Shown here in pieces: positions 52,991-64,000 of a DNA stretch of 64,000 nt. The stretch's first letter is position 1; each line of letters opens with the position of its first letter. Below the pieces are notes generated by a model. It made no database searches and was not told the DNA's origin. It saw only the letters and a list, made by a program, of their open reading frames with translations. The stretch is from NCBI RefSeq assembly GCF_009914755.1, contig NC_060944.1, one strand, 5' to 3'. Made by a program: the position numbers and the translations under genes. Source of the stretch: the human T2T-CHM13v2.0 reference genome, Homo sapiens.

Positions 52991-53769
52991 TTCCCAAATA
53001 TGATTACCTTTATAAACCCCCAAGGGGCACCATAAAGGAGAGGTGAGTTGCCTGGGGACCCTGGCCAGAAGCTCACATCAAAAGCAGGGGGTCTCCCACT
53101 TCACATCTGCTTCAGGAATGAAGTTCAGGTTCTGAACGTTCTCTCTGACTTGCTATAAAATTCTGACAAGTATCCTTACTGCCCTCGATTTCAAAGAGTC
53201 CCAGATTACTAAACTATCCACATCCTTCCCATTGTTCCAGGCTGCTAACTCACAGGAGAAATCCAAAGGCACCTGGGATGTCCCTGACCCCAAGGGACAG
53301 AAATTCTCAGGACCATCACTGCAGGCAGCACAAACCAGACGTCCCAGCCTGGGCTTCTTCACACAAGAGGCACTTCCTCTGTAAACCTGGACCACTCAGT
53401 CACCTCCCAGACGCTGTCTCCTACCTTGTGAAACAGGGCCATTGTGCTGTCATTGCAGGCCTGAATTGAGCATCAAATGGGAATATTTCTGCAGTGCCTA
53501 GGATGATCCCCAGCAGAGTAAGGATGCTCAGAAAATGCTAGTTCCCTTAGTTCTCTTTTCCCAGGGGGCTGGTGACAAGACCTCACAGAGCCAAGCAGAA
53601 CAGAAGCAGTTCTAAGCCAATGTCGGGAATCTGGCCTTTGAGCATAGGAAGACAGGGAGAGGAGGAGAGGCCCTAGGGCATGCAGGAATTCACTTAAGAA
53701 CAAAATATGTAAACTTTAACGTAGAAGCATACGGGTGAGTGTATGTTATGAAAAAAAGACAAGGAAAAA

Positions 53770-53890
53770 TTATATATATGTAATATATATACTATACTAT
53801 ATATATAATAAAATTATATATATTATATATAATATAAAAAGTATATAATATATATTACATATTAAATATATATTTTATATATATAATATA
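53770..53890. repeat. AT-only low-complexity tract
   Basis: Directly visible. Confidence 0.9.
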
Positions 53891-53953
53891 TGGTGTTGTA
53901 TCTGCAATAAGGAAGAAGAAATAACACCTAATAAGACTAAAATAGCAACACAT

Positions 53954-54242
53954 GGCCTGGGCGCAGTGGCTCACGCCTGTAATCTCAGCACTTTGGGACA
54001 GTCAGGCAGGCAGATCACCAGGTCACAAGATCGAAACCGTTCTGGCCAACATAATGAAACCCCATCTCTACTAAAAATACAAAAATTATCTGGGCATGGT
54101 GGCATGTGCCTGTAGTCCCAGCTACTTGGGAGGCTGAGGCAGGAGAATCGCCTCCTCGGGAGGCGGAGGTTGCAGTGATTCAAGATCACGCCCCTACTCT
54201 CCAGCCTGGCGACAGAGCAAGACTCCGTCTAAAAAAAAAAAA
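53954..54242 (+). mobile_element. AluSc-like
   Basis: TSD agcaacacat (53944-53953, 54243-54252); 'gcctggcgacagag'. Confidence 0.93.
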
Positions 54243-54249
54243 AGCAACA

Positions 54250-54660
54250 CATATAAAACTGTAATTATACTACTTTAAAAATTAAAATTTTCATATTGAA
54301 TTAAAAAGCAAAATCCAACTATGCATTATCTATTTGAGGAATACTTAAAAATAAGAAATAAACATTGAAAATAATGTTGCAAAAATATACCAGACAATAT
54401 TGGAGGTCTCATATTACTCTTTTAAAAAGTAGAAGACATGTCATTATATCAAGGCACAATAGAAGTTCATTATCAACTGGGTATAAAGCATGAAGATGCT
54501 ATAATTATCAGAATGTATTCATTTACAATATATGCTATAAAAACATTTAAAGAAAATAATCATAAGAATTAGGAGTAGACATAAATTACTACCTCCTGTA
54601 GATTTTAACAAATCTTCTCAGAAATTATCAGTCAAGCAGACCAAAAAATTAGATAAGTAC
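54250..54660 (+). mobile_element. Old L1M endonuclease-region fragment
   Basis: 'aaaagcaaaatccaactatgc', 'gtagattttaaca...caagcagaccaaaaa'. Confidence 0.55.
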
Positions 54661-56115
54661 TAATAACAGTCAGAAGGCACACATACATTTTGGTCTTACA
54701 TTGTTGAACACAGAAAAACTTGCATTCACCAGGCCAACCAACAGGGAATCCACAATGAGGACCCTGCTTTCTGAACTGGCTGTGGGCCTGTGAATGTTAA
54801 ACAGCTACAGCAGCCTTTCCCATGTGGAGCTCCACAAATGAATAGGGCCCTACAGAAACAATTTGAGTGAACACTGTCTTAATAATACCAAGGAAGGGAC
54901 ATCACCAGGAGCAGCCTAGGCGCAGAGGGGATGCATGAGTATGTTGCCTGCAGTGGATTCCTTAGGACATCGGCTTGGTTCCTCCGTGAAGTCTGGCTGG
55001 GTACAGAGTGGGATCATGCAGGTGTAGACAGCAAGTGGACTTTCTTTCGTGGCTGCTTTATTGCTGCTCATAAAAACCCACGAAGCATGGGCTGAAGACC
55101 ACAAGTGAAATGACGTGGAGGAGGTTGTGTGCTGTGTTCTTAGTGTTGTGAGCCCCCTCCAGTTACTGACGCTGGAATCCAGCCCAGCACGTCCTCACAC
55201 TATTCATCATTCTTAGACCTAAGTTGGTACATAAAACACTGCTTTATGGTGTATTATGACTCCTGTGAAGAATTTGTTCTCCCAATTGGCAGAGTTAATC
55301 CAGAAATATTTATGCGTTTGAGAGAAATGGTGATAAAATACTGTTGTTAATTACAATGATTCTTTCAGAAAAAGTGAATCATATTATGCTTTTGTATCGT
55401 TATTAACAATGTGGTCTCTTTGATCACAACCGCTGTCTCATACACAGTTGAATAATCACATGGACTTTAATTCTGTAATTTATCATTCTACAAGTTAACA
55501 ATAGAACAATTTAAATGCCTGTCTAGCTTATGAACACTAATTGCTTTTAATCACGTGATGTGCTATGACAGCATTCTCCCTTGCAAATGAAGCTCATGGG
55601 TTTGAAAATAGCACCCAAAGCATGGCCCTGATGGGAGGCAGCCTCCTGGGGATGGAGAGGCAGGCAGGGCAGCCTTGTGTCTGAGGCTAATCTGGAAGGA
55701 ACTCGCAGAACGGACTTCAAGTCAACAGTGTTACTTACTTTTTTATTTTTCTCCATCTGCTTCCACATTCACCTACCTTCTCCTCCAGTCTTGTCTGGAT
55801 TTTAGCTGGAGTTTTTTGTCTGTTAAGGTAGAGTAGTGTTTCACTGACCATTTCATTGTCCAGTGTCTTTCTTCTTATCTCACGTCTCAAAGATCACTCA
55901 AGCCTGTGTGCCTCCACGTGAGCAGCTCAGACATCCCCTGGGCAACTAGCCACCCTGGGAGCACTGTCCTGGCATGTGCAGCTGCCGGCTCTGCAGGCCC
56001 TCTTCCCTCATTCCATCACGTTCCCATTGGAAACCCCCCGTTGTCAGAGAAAGCAGAAGCAGATGTGAGCCAGGCAGCTCTCCTGTGCTTTGTTAAGTAG
56101 CTTCCAGCAATATGA

Positions 56116-56418
<303 letters not shown>

Positions 56419-56865
56419 TAAGCATGTGGTTAAAGAACTTATACTTACATAGTTAATGTTTGACTTAAAAAATGGTTTTATTTTAATAAAAAATAAAGAT
56501 ATATGTGTGCAAGATGTGAAAGCTGTCAGATTTAAAATAGAGTCACCTGTGCTAAAAAAAAAAAAAAAAAAAAAAAGCAAACTAACAAAAACCACCCTGA
56601 TACGTAGAGCTGGGGAATGGCATGAAGGAAGAGTTGTCATGCATAAAAGTCCGATAACAGAAACTACCATGAAATACTCCACAAAAAACACAACCTTGCA
56701 CAGAGACCATTGCAACCTTACACAAAACATTTCTGCAAGGACATCTGCCCAGCAACTGCCTGTCCAGCCTCGAACTGGTGTCACCCTAGTTGTGGATTCT
56801 TGTAGCCAAGGACAATTATTTCAAAACAATTATGTAATCCTCCTTTTTTTTCCCTTTATTTGTCT

Positions 56866-57011
56866 ACACTTACCTGGCAGGAGAGACACCAGGATCAGGA
56901 AAGTGTTTTCCCAAGGGAGGCTCCTTGTGCTGACTCTCATGATTTCCCCAAGTGTAGGACACTCAACTGCATAATCTGTGTAGTGGGAGATAGTGTTTAT
57001 GCCCTCCCCTG
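56866..57011 (+). pseudogene. U1 snRNA processed pseudogene (RNU1-type) with A-rich tail
   Basis: 'acacttacctggcaggagagacaccaggatcaggaaagtgttttccca...gatttccccaagtgtaggacactcaactgcataatctgtgtagtggg...tcccctg' is colinear with U1; A-rich tail 57013-57050. Confidence 0.93.
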
Positions 57012-57080
57012 CAAATAAAATAAATATATTAATAAAATTTAAAAATGAAAAGCTTTTGCCTTTTTATTACCTCCCAAAAT

Positions 57081-57123
<43 letters not shown>

Positions 57124-57130
57124 CACAACA
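57081..57130. repeat. (CA)n microsatellite
   Basis: Directly visible. Confidence 0.95.
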
Positions 57131-57239
57131 CAGTTCGCAGTGCCACACATATTCCCATTGCAATATCCTACTCCAGAATAAATATCATTTTCTTTTAGGG
57201 AGGCTCTCTCTGCTTGTTATTTAGGTAGACAAAAATTTT

Positions 57240-58400
57240 CAAAATATCAAATAAAGCCAAAGTACATACAATGAAATGTAGTCAGACTACCCTAAGGCAA
57301 GAAAGTGCCTGGTTTTCTCCCCAGAGTTGCTTGATTCTATCAGCTCTCTTTTCTGTTTTATTTCATTTTTCTTTGTTTGCTTAACTTTTGAGAAATAATG
57401 TATGCAAATACAAATACTTTTGCCCATGCAACATTTTTAAGATAGTATTTTGCTATGTAAAAGTAAATTTTCTATGCGAATACAAATATGTTTTTTCCTT
57501 TGACACCAATGAAAATATGTATACTATGTTACTACAGTTTTTTTATATTTTACATTTTGGAGATAATTCCATAATATCAAAAATAGAGACTTAATTCTTT
57601 TTCTAACAGATGCATGATATTTCTTTCTACGAACAACTCTTAATTATTCATCTGGCTCTCTGTTCATGAACATTTGCTTAGATCCAGACTTACTCTTACA
57701 AAGTCATTCTTGTACGTTGGTTTTGCAGGGAAGTGATCATATCTACATGTTAAATTTCCACACTGGGAATCAATGAGACAGACTGTGGTTCATTTTAAAT
57801 TTAGGACAACATTGCCAATTATCCTTTTGAGAGGTTTTATAAAATTGACATGCCAACTAACCACCTTATTTTTCTAAGCAGTTGTTTTCTGGACTTTGTC
57901 CAATGAATTCTGAAAAATCACATTTTCTAAGTATTTTTAGTTAATTATTTGGATATTTTCAAATATATAATTACATCTTGTAAAATACTGATAATTTTAT
58001 CTTTTTCATTCCATGTATTGGAGTTCTTTTTTGTGTCTAATCTAAGTGACCAGTGTTTCCAGGGCAATAAAAATGAGAGATAACCATGGATATTCATGGT
58101 TTGTTCTTGCCTTTAAGGAGAGGAGACTCAGGGTGTTTACAGACAGCATGGGTTTGAATTGTCTTTAGAGGCATCTATGTGGAGACATGGCTACAGATCA
58201 GTATGTTAACAATCAATCCCTTTGTCCTTCTGAGCCTTATTCTTGATGTCTTTTCAGCATTTTTGCATAGTTATACCCTCTTTCTCCTTTGACCTCTATG
58301 ATGCAGTACTTCATAGCATCTTATAGATTGACTAATATTGAACATTTTTTAGAGTCTTGGGATGAATTCCACATGGTTGCATTGAGTGATTTGCCAATAT
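57240..58400 (-). mobile_element. Old L1ME fragments
   Basis: 'cattttggagataattccata', 'cttgggatgaattccacatggt'. Confidence 0.55.
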
Positions 58401-58784
58401 CTTACTCCAGACAGTTGCAGTGAGAATCTCCCATATTTCTGGACCTGCTTTGTGAAAGTCCAGGGCACAGATAGGCTGGTCCTCTCTCCTTTCCCTGTTA
58501 TTGCTCTACAGCAGCATGGGTAGAGTACTCCAAGCTTCCCGACTCCAGGTCTCCAGTCTGTCCTTTCTCACTTGCATTCTAAGACATTAAATTGTCAGAA
58601 GAAACAAGCCAAGGAGTAATCGGATGGGCTTCCTCTAACTGAAGACACCAGTGAGAAGCTACACAGACTTGAGACCACCTGCTGTGGCTCTGCCTGCTCA
58701 CATGTGCTTTAAAGCTTAGTCCAACCCCTCTGCAGATAGACAGTCTGATGTCTATTTCTGCCACCACTGTAGCCACCAATACTT

Positions 58785-58925
58785 GACCAATTATCCTCAT
58801 TTATCTGATACAGAACCTGAGGTCTGGGGAGGTAACTGTTGCCTGCAGTCACCAACTAGTGATCCGCTCATCGTCTCTGAGCGCTGCAAGGAGTCGGGTC
58901 CTCCTGGCTTTGAAACCTGGGCTTT
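58785..58925 (-). mobile_element. MIR fragment
   Basis: 'attatcctcatttatctgatacagaacctgaggtc...tttgaaacctggg'. Confidence 0.5.
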
Positions 58926-60206
58926 CTTCAAGATATCTTATTGCTGTCTTCTTTTATTTTCCTCCAAATGTTTTCCTCCATTCAATATTTAGATTTGTTT
59001 CCCTATGTAGGTGTATGTATTCCTAAAATAATCCCCCCTCCCTTATGACCATTTTTGTTACATGTTTGTTTGGGGTAAACTATCCTTTCCACTGGCATCT
59101 ACCAAGGAGGAATAGCAGCTCAGAGACAAGAGCCCTTTGGAATTAAATATACTCTACAAGAAACAATTCTTTCCTGGGTTCCTCTCTCTTCTGTGCCACA
59201 TTGTTCACCTCCTCGATATGTCAGAATCCATCCTTCCACTCCCTCACAATCTATTTCTTGTGGCTTTCTTACCAATGTATTGTTTCCACCATCTTTAGGA
59301 TTCTTGTAACCTCACTAGCAATCCAGTGTATTCATCCCACTATTATCAGGGGCCTCTGGAACCTATAGAATGCAGCGTTCATTCTCCTGGGAAAATAGGT
59401 TTTAAAAAACCTAGGATCACATTATCTTCTAACATTTAAACCTTCCAGCAAAATATAATAAAGGTTTCAAAATGGAAGTATGTTGTCATATAACAAAATG
59501 TATTGACATAAGCAACCATGGTAGTTTAGGATAACATTGCGGGTGACCTTCTACTTTATTTGCACAGTGATTAGTAAGATAAACTATGGGAAATCAAATT
59601 TGACTTTAGGAATTTAAAATTATTTTGAACTAGATTCTTTCACCATTTGCCCATTCACCTAGAGGCCAACAAACCAACCACAAGACTAAGAATGATCTGA
59701 GAGCTACTCAACTATTATTCTACTACCTTACTTTTATCAATCATTATCCATTATATTTTCCAAAACATTTTGATATGGATTATCTACATAAACCTCAATA
59801 GATACTAAGGCACTGTTTTCTTGTTTCAGTTTTATCTTCGTCCTGTATATGCAGATCTTTTAAATTTCCCAATGCCTGAATACCCTGCACTCATTTGAGG
59901 ACAGGGAATAGATCTGAAGACATAGATTATTTTGCAATCTTTAATCCCCTAGAGCAAATACAATTTAAGAAGTTGACACATCTTTTAAGATAATTTGCAC
60001 ACCAATTACCCTGGAGATTTTATTTGTGCAGAGATTTCTCTGCAAACGTGAAACCTATTGACCCTGTTGAGTGGTGCCTTAAAGAAGCTGAGCACTAAAA
60101 TCACAGCTTCTAAAAGTTTTCTAAAAGTTTTGCCAGAATTAAACTCTACTCACACATCGTCTCAATTATTCCAGCTCTGTAGAAAAAGAGTCGAATGTGC
60201 TCTTCT

Positions 60207-60670
60207 AGTCTCTCGCTGTCGCCAAGGCTGGGGTGCAGTGATGCAATCTCGGCTCACTGCAACCTCCTCCTCTCAGGTTCAATTCTGAAAAATCACATTT
60301 TCTAAGTATTTTTAGTTAATTATTTGGATATTTTCAAATATATAATTACATCTTGTAAAATAGTGATAATTTTATCTTTTTCATTCCATGTATTGGAGTT
60401 CTTTTTTGTCTCTAATCTAAGTGACCAGTGTTTCCAAGGCAATAAAAATGAGAGATAACCGTGGATATTCATGGTTTGTTCTTGCCTTTAAGGAGAGGAG
60501 ACCCAGGGTATTTACCTCCCAAGTAGCTGGAATTACAGGCATGCACCACCATACCCAGCTAATTTTTTGTATTTTTAGCAGAGACGCAGTTTTGCCATGT
60601 TGCTCAGGCAATCTGCCTGCCTTGGCCTCCCAAAGTGCTAGGATTACAGGTGTGCATCACCACACCTGGC
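60207..60670 (-). mobile_element. Alu without polyA tail, carrying a 235-bp foreign insert and a left-arm deletion
   Basis: Alu sequence at 60207-60280 and 60516-60670. Confidence 0.9.
60281..60515 (+). repeat. Direct copy of 57906-58140 (235 bp, 6 mismatches)
   Basis: Base-by-base comparison by eye. Confidence 0.97.
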
Positions 60671-61068
60671 ATGACTCGCCATTATTTTTAATATGAAGAA
60701 CACTTCTGATTATGTTTGGAGAAAAATCATATAGACAGTTAAAGTGAAATCGAGTTAATGACATGGATCAGAGTGTGTTGGTTGTGACAGTGCAAGCAGA
60801 TTGGATCCCTCAACTAGATCCAAAGCAGGACTAGAAAAAGTACATTTCAAAAGTGAGACTCATTTCTGTCACATTTTGTCACCTAAGTCATGATTCCCTA
60901 AGAGATATGAGCTCCCCAGGGTCAGGGGACAGCAGGGATCATAGACACCTAAGGCCAGGAGGAAGCTCATGAGCTCATCTTCGTCACCCCACTGCCTCCG
61001 GACAGAGAGGACGCAGTACCTATACCTCCTCCTCGGATACCTTGAAGATGCTCTGTTTGAAAGATTCC

Positions 61069-61320
61069 TTTTTTTTAACTTTTATTTTAAGTTCAGGGGT
61101 ACATAAGCAGGTTTGTTCCATAGGTAAACTTGTGTCACGGGCGTCTTTTGTACAGATTATTTCATCACCCAGACATTAAGCCTAGTAATCATCAGCTATT
61201 TCTCTGCTCCTGTCCCTCCTCCCACCCCCAACCATCTGCTAGGCCCCAGTGTGTGTTGTTCCCCTCTATATGTCCATGTGTTCTCATCATTTAGCTCCCA
61301 CTTAGAAATAAGCGCCTGCG
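61069..61320 (-). mobile_element. L1PA (PA11-13-like) short 3' end
   Basis: TSD aagattcc (61061-61068, 61322-61329); 'ttttaagttcaggggtacat...gtttgttccataggtaaac'. Confidence 0.9.
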
Positions 61321-62504
61321 GAAGATTCCATCAGGCCCCTCAACCTGCCATCTGCACACTATCCCCGGCTGATACTCAGGAGGTGAGTCTGAACTCAACG
61401 TGACTCTCCACATCAATTCCCAAAGTGGCAGCACACAGTGAACTTAGCCCTGACTGTCCCCTTTCCAGCCTGCAAGCCCGCATGATTGGATCCTCTCTGT
61501 TCAGAGACCACGTTCTGAACATCAGGAAACCAGCCGCCACTCCACTGCACCACCCAGGCCTCTGGTGCCGGGTTATGGACTGTGTGTGACCCTAGCACTC
61601 CCCTCTGCTAGCAGCAAAAGAAGAGTAGTCTGAGAACCCGCCTTGGGCCTTTTCCTCCCAGTCAAAATTGAAATTGTAGTCCTCAGCTGTCACTTTCTAA
61701 CATCAAGAACTTGACCTCAAAGAGAAAGCAGGCTGAGGAGAAGAGCTGATCATAAACGCCTGGGGCATCCTGGGTTTCCTGAGAAAAGGGTTTTTTGAAG
61801 GGGCATGTCCAGCCTCACAATTCCCTGGATTTATTCTGGATTTTTCAGAAATAAATAAAATGTGGAGAGACCCATACATATAGAAATAACCTCTTAAATT
61901 ATAAGAGATGCAGCCATACAGAGAGACCCCACCCCTCAGGACCCCAGCCCCATCCCACTGTAACCCTGAGAGCCCTGGGAGCCCTGCAGTCCTGTCTTCT
62001 CATGAGTTCATTCAAGGAAGTGGCAGCAACATAAGAAAATGCAGCAGAAATGAATGGAACATGCATTCAATCTCTTAAAAAATAATCAAAGCGGGAAAGA
62101 AAATTCCTAATTTACAGGAAACTTTAAAATCCTCCCAACATTCTCCCCACTAAAACTTTTTCACATCCTGGATGACCACCACCCTGCAGCTCTATCCTCG
62201 TCACTCTCCTCCACACCCCTTCCAACCCAGGCTGTCCCATGGCGAAGCTCCGCTTTCCACCCACTTCTTCACCTCTGTGTCAGAGACTTCCTGCTGGCTT
62301 CGGTTTTACCTCCCTTTTCCCATCACTCAGATTAGGTACAAAAGGAGGGCAATGGACCCAACAAGCATGAATCCTTAGCATGACAAACACCTAATACTCC
62401 ATGTATTTTCTTTCGTTTCCATTCCATTTGTCAGGCAGCATATTCTATTCCCTAGCACCACAGTTCAGTGTCCTGTTTTCTTGCCTGTATCCATTTGTCC
62501 CCTC

Positions 62505-62665
62505 ATGCACACACACACACACGTGCACACACACACGCAGACACACACACATGTGCACACATGCACAGACAGATGCACACATGCCTGCATACATGCACAT
62601 GCACAGGCACACACACACACGTGCACACATGCACACACAAACACAGGCACACATGCACACACACA
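62505..62665. repeat. Compound (CA)/(CATG) microsatellite
   Basis: Directly visible. Confidence 0.95.
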
Positions 62666-63677
62666 AAGTGGATGTCTGAGTCACCTGTAGGGATGATTGC
62701 AGTGAATTAACTCTGTTGACTTCCAGGCTTGTACATGTAAGGATTGAGGATACTTCTGGATACCATGAATTTCTCATGGATAGAACCCTTAAGGCACAGA
62801 ATTGCAGCTCCTGTAACTCATTGTCAGCCTGGGTGGAGGTTAAAAAATAACAGCAACAAAGTATTTCCAAATATTATACCTTTTGGAAATCAAATTAAAT
62901 CTCTACCCAGCTCTCTCTTACTCCAACAAATGATCCTTCTCAAACATTCATTCTTCCCCAATCAACTCCTGCCATCCAAAATTATTTGCCTGATGTCTAT
63001 CCCTGATGAGACAATTACTTTAAATGCTCAAATCATTCTGTGAATGAAAGATCCTGAGGGAAATAATTTTTAAAAATATAATCAGATCTGGAGTTTTAGG
63101 GAGTTTTTATGTAGCTCTGTATAATTCAGTCCTTCTTCAGAGGAGGGATTCTCAAGACAATCCATGTGGCCTCCTCACGTCCAGCCTGGCCAAGTCTGAT
63201 ACACACCACTCCGTCTCCCATGCATGAATGTGTTCCCTCAGCACACATGGGAACTCAGGTTCTACAGAGTATTTCAGCCTTTATCCACCAGCTTCTGCTT
63301 TCCCTACTTACAGAGGATATTAAATAAAATAAACAGTGGAAACATGCCATGGAAATGCTCAGAGAATGTGGGGCTGGACATCGTGTCAGTGTCACCAATA
63401 TGCACTGGTGACATGAAAATCAGATCTCTGAGAAAACTCAATATTTTTAACTAGTCTGAGTTGGGGGATAATCCTGCTTACAAACACATATTCAAAGATG
63501 ACCAAGAAATAGTTAACTGATTTCATCTTCAGTTTTTCTGCTTAATTTTTGGACAACAATATACCCTCACCTTAGAGAAGGCAGAAGGTATCAACATTTA
63601 CATTTCCCATATGATTCAACCCCAAAACAATTCTGGCTGGATTTCAGGATCTTCATGAAACTATCTGTTCACGGCTG

Positions 63678-64000
63678 TGTAGTAAATAATTAATCTTACT
63701 AAGGTGAGGTCTGATCTTAGTACCCACTCCTGGGCTCCCGAGAAGTAATCTCTAAAGCCTTGGAATATTCTGGTAGTAGTCTTTGCTATTCATAGTGGGC
63801 CCCCTGGGACCACACCTGATAGTTTATGCTATGAGTGGATTCTGTATGGAGGCTAGCTAATCCAGGAAGACCACTTGAGTGATTAGATGGTTGGGGCTTT
63901 GAGCTATGCAAGATTAGCTTGAGCTCCTGGAAGGGAGAGGGGCTGAAAAATTAGTTCAGTTATGTTGTTAATGATTTAATTAATCATATACATAATGCAT
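63678..64000 (+). mobile_element. MER21C/MER77-group LTR, running off the window
   Basis: 'gtaatctctaaagccttggaat...gggaccacacctgatagtttatgcta'. Confidence 0.7.

Larger units (their letters stand above)
56515..57231 (+). mobile_element. MER65A-like ERV1 solo LTR
   Basis: Runs from 'tgtgaaagctgtcagatttaaaatagagtcac' to 'ttatttaggtagaca'; internal polyA and (CA)n expansions. Confidence 0.75.

Noticed and set aside
56456-56974. 172-aa ORF
   Set aside because: Runs through MER65 LTR, a polyA tract and the U1 pseudogene; no protein-like features.
56866-57011. Functional U1 snRNA gene
   Set aside because: Stem-loop II deletion, mutated Sm site, A-rich tail, and LTR sequence where the snRNA promoter should be.

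Overview
Primate, most likely human, non-coding genomic DNA dominated by transposable elements. I can support no protein-coding gene: the ORF-track entries are Alu, L1, ERV or microsatellite artefacts, or chance ORFs. Layout: (1) 1-21 kb holds L2/MIR/MLT/MER5 relics, Alus, minus-strand L1s, MER82, Tigger3a and a decayed ERVL provirus with an inverted gag segment. (2) 21-29 kb is largely unique sequence plus a ~860-bp TG-rich minisatellite. (3) 29.8-51.7 kb is an almost uninterrupted nested TE stack: L1MB > L1MC1 > MER57 provirus > solo LTR12C, plus MER4, MER21, MST and Alus. (4) 52-64 kb is mixed sequence with a U1 snRNA retro-pseudogene inside a MER65 LTR, and a 235-bp local sequence copied into a tail-less Alu. 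I found no convincing new biological system. The most notable signals are several independent template-switch or break-repair scars, a tRNA-Glu-like cassette inside the ERV, and an LTR12C promoter aimed at an env remnant. Repeat family names come from my recall of consensus sequences, and boundaries are approximate unless TSDs are quoted.
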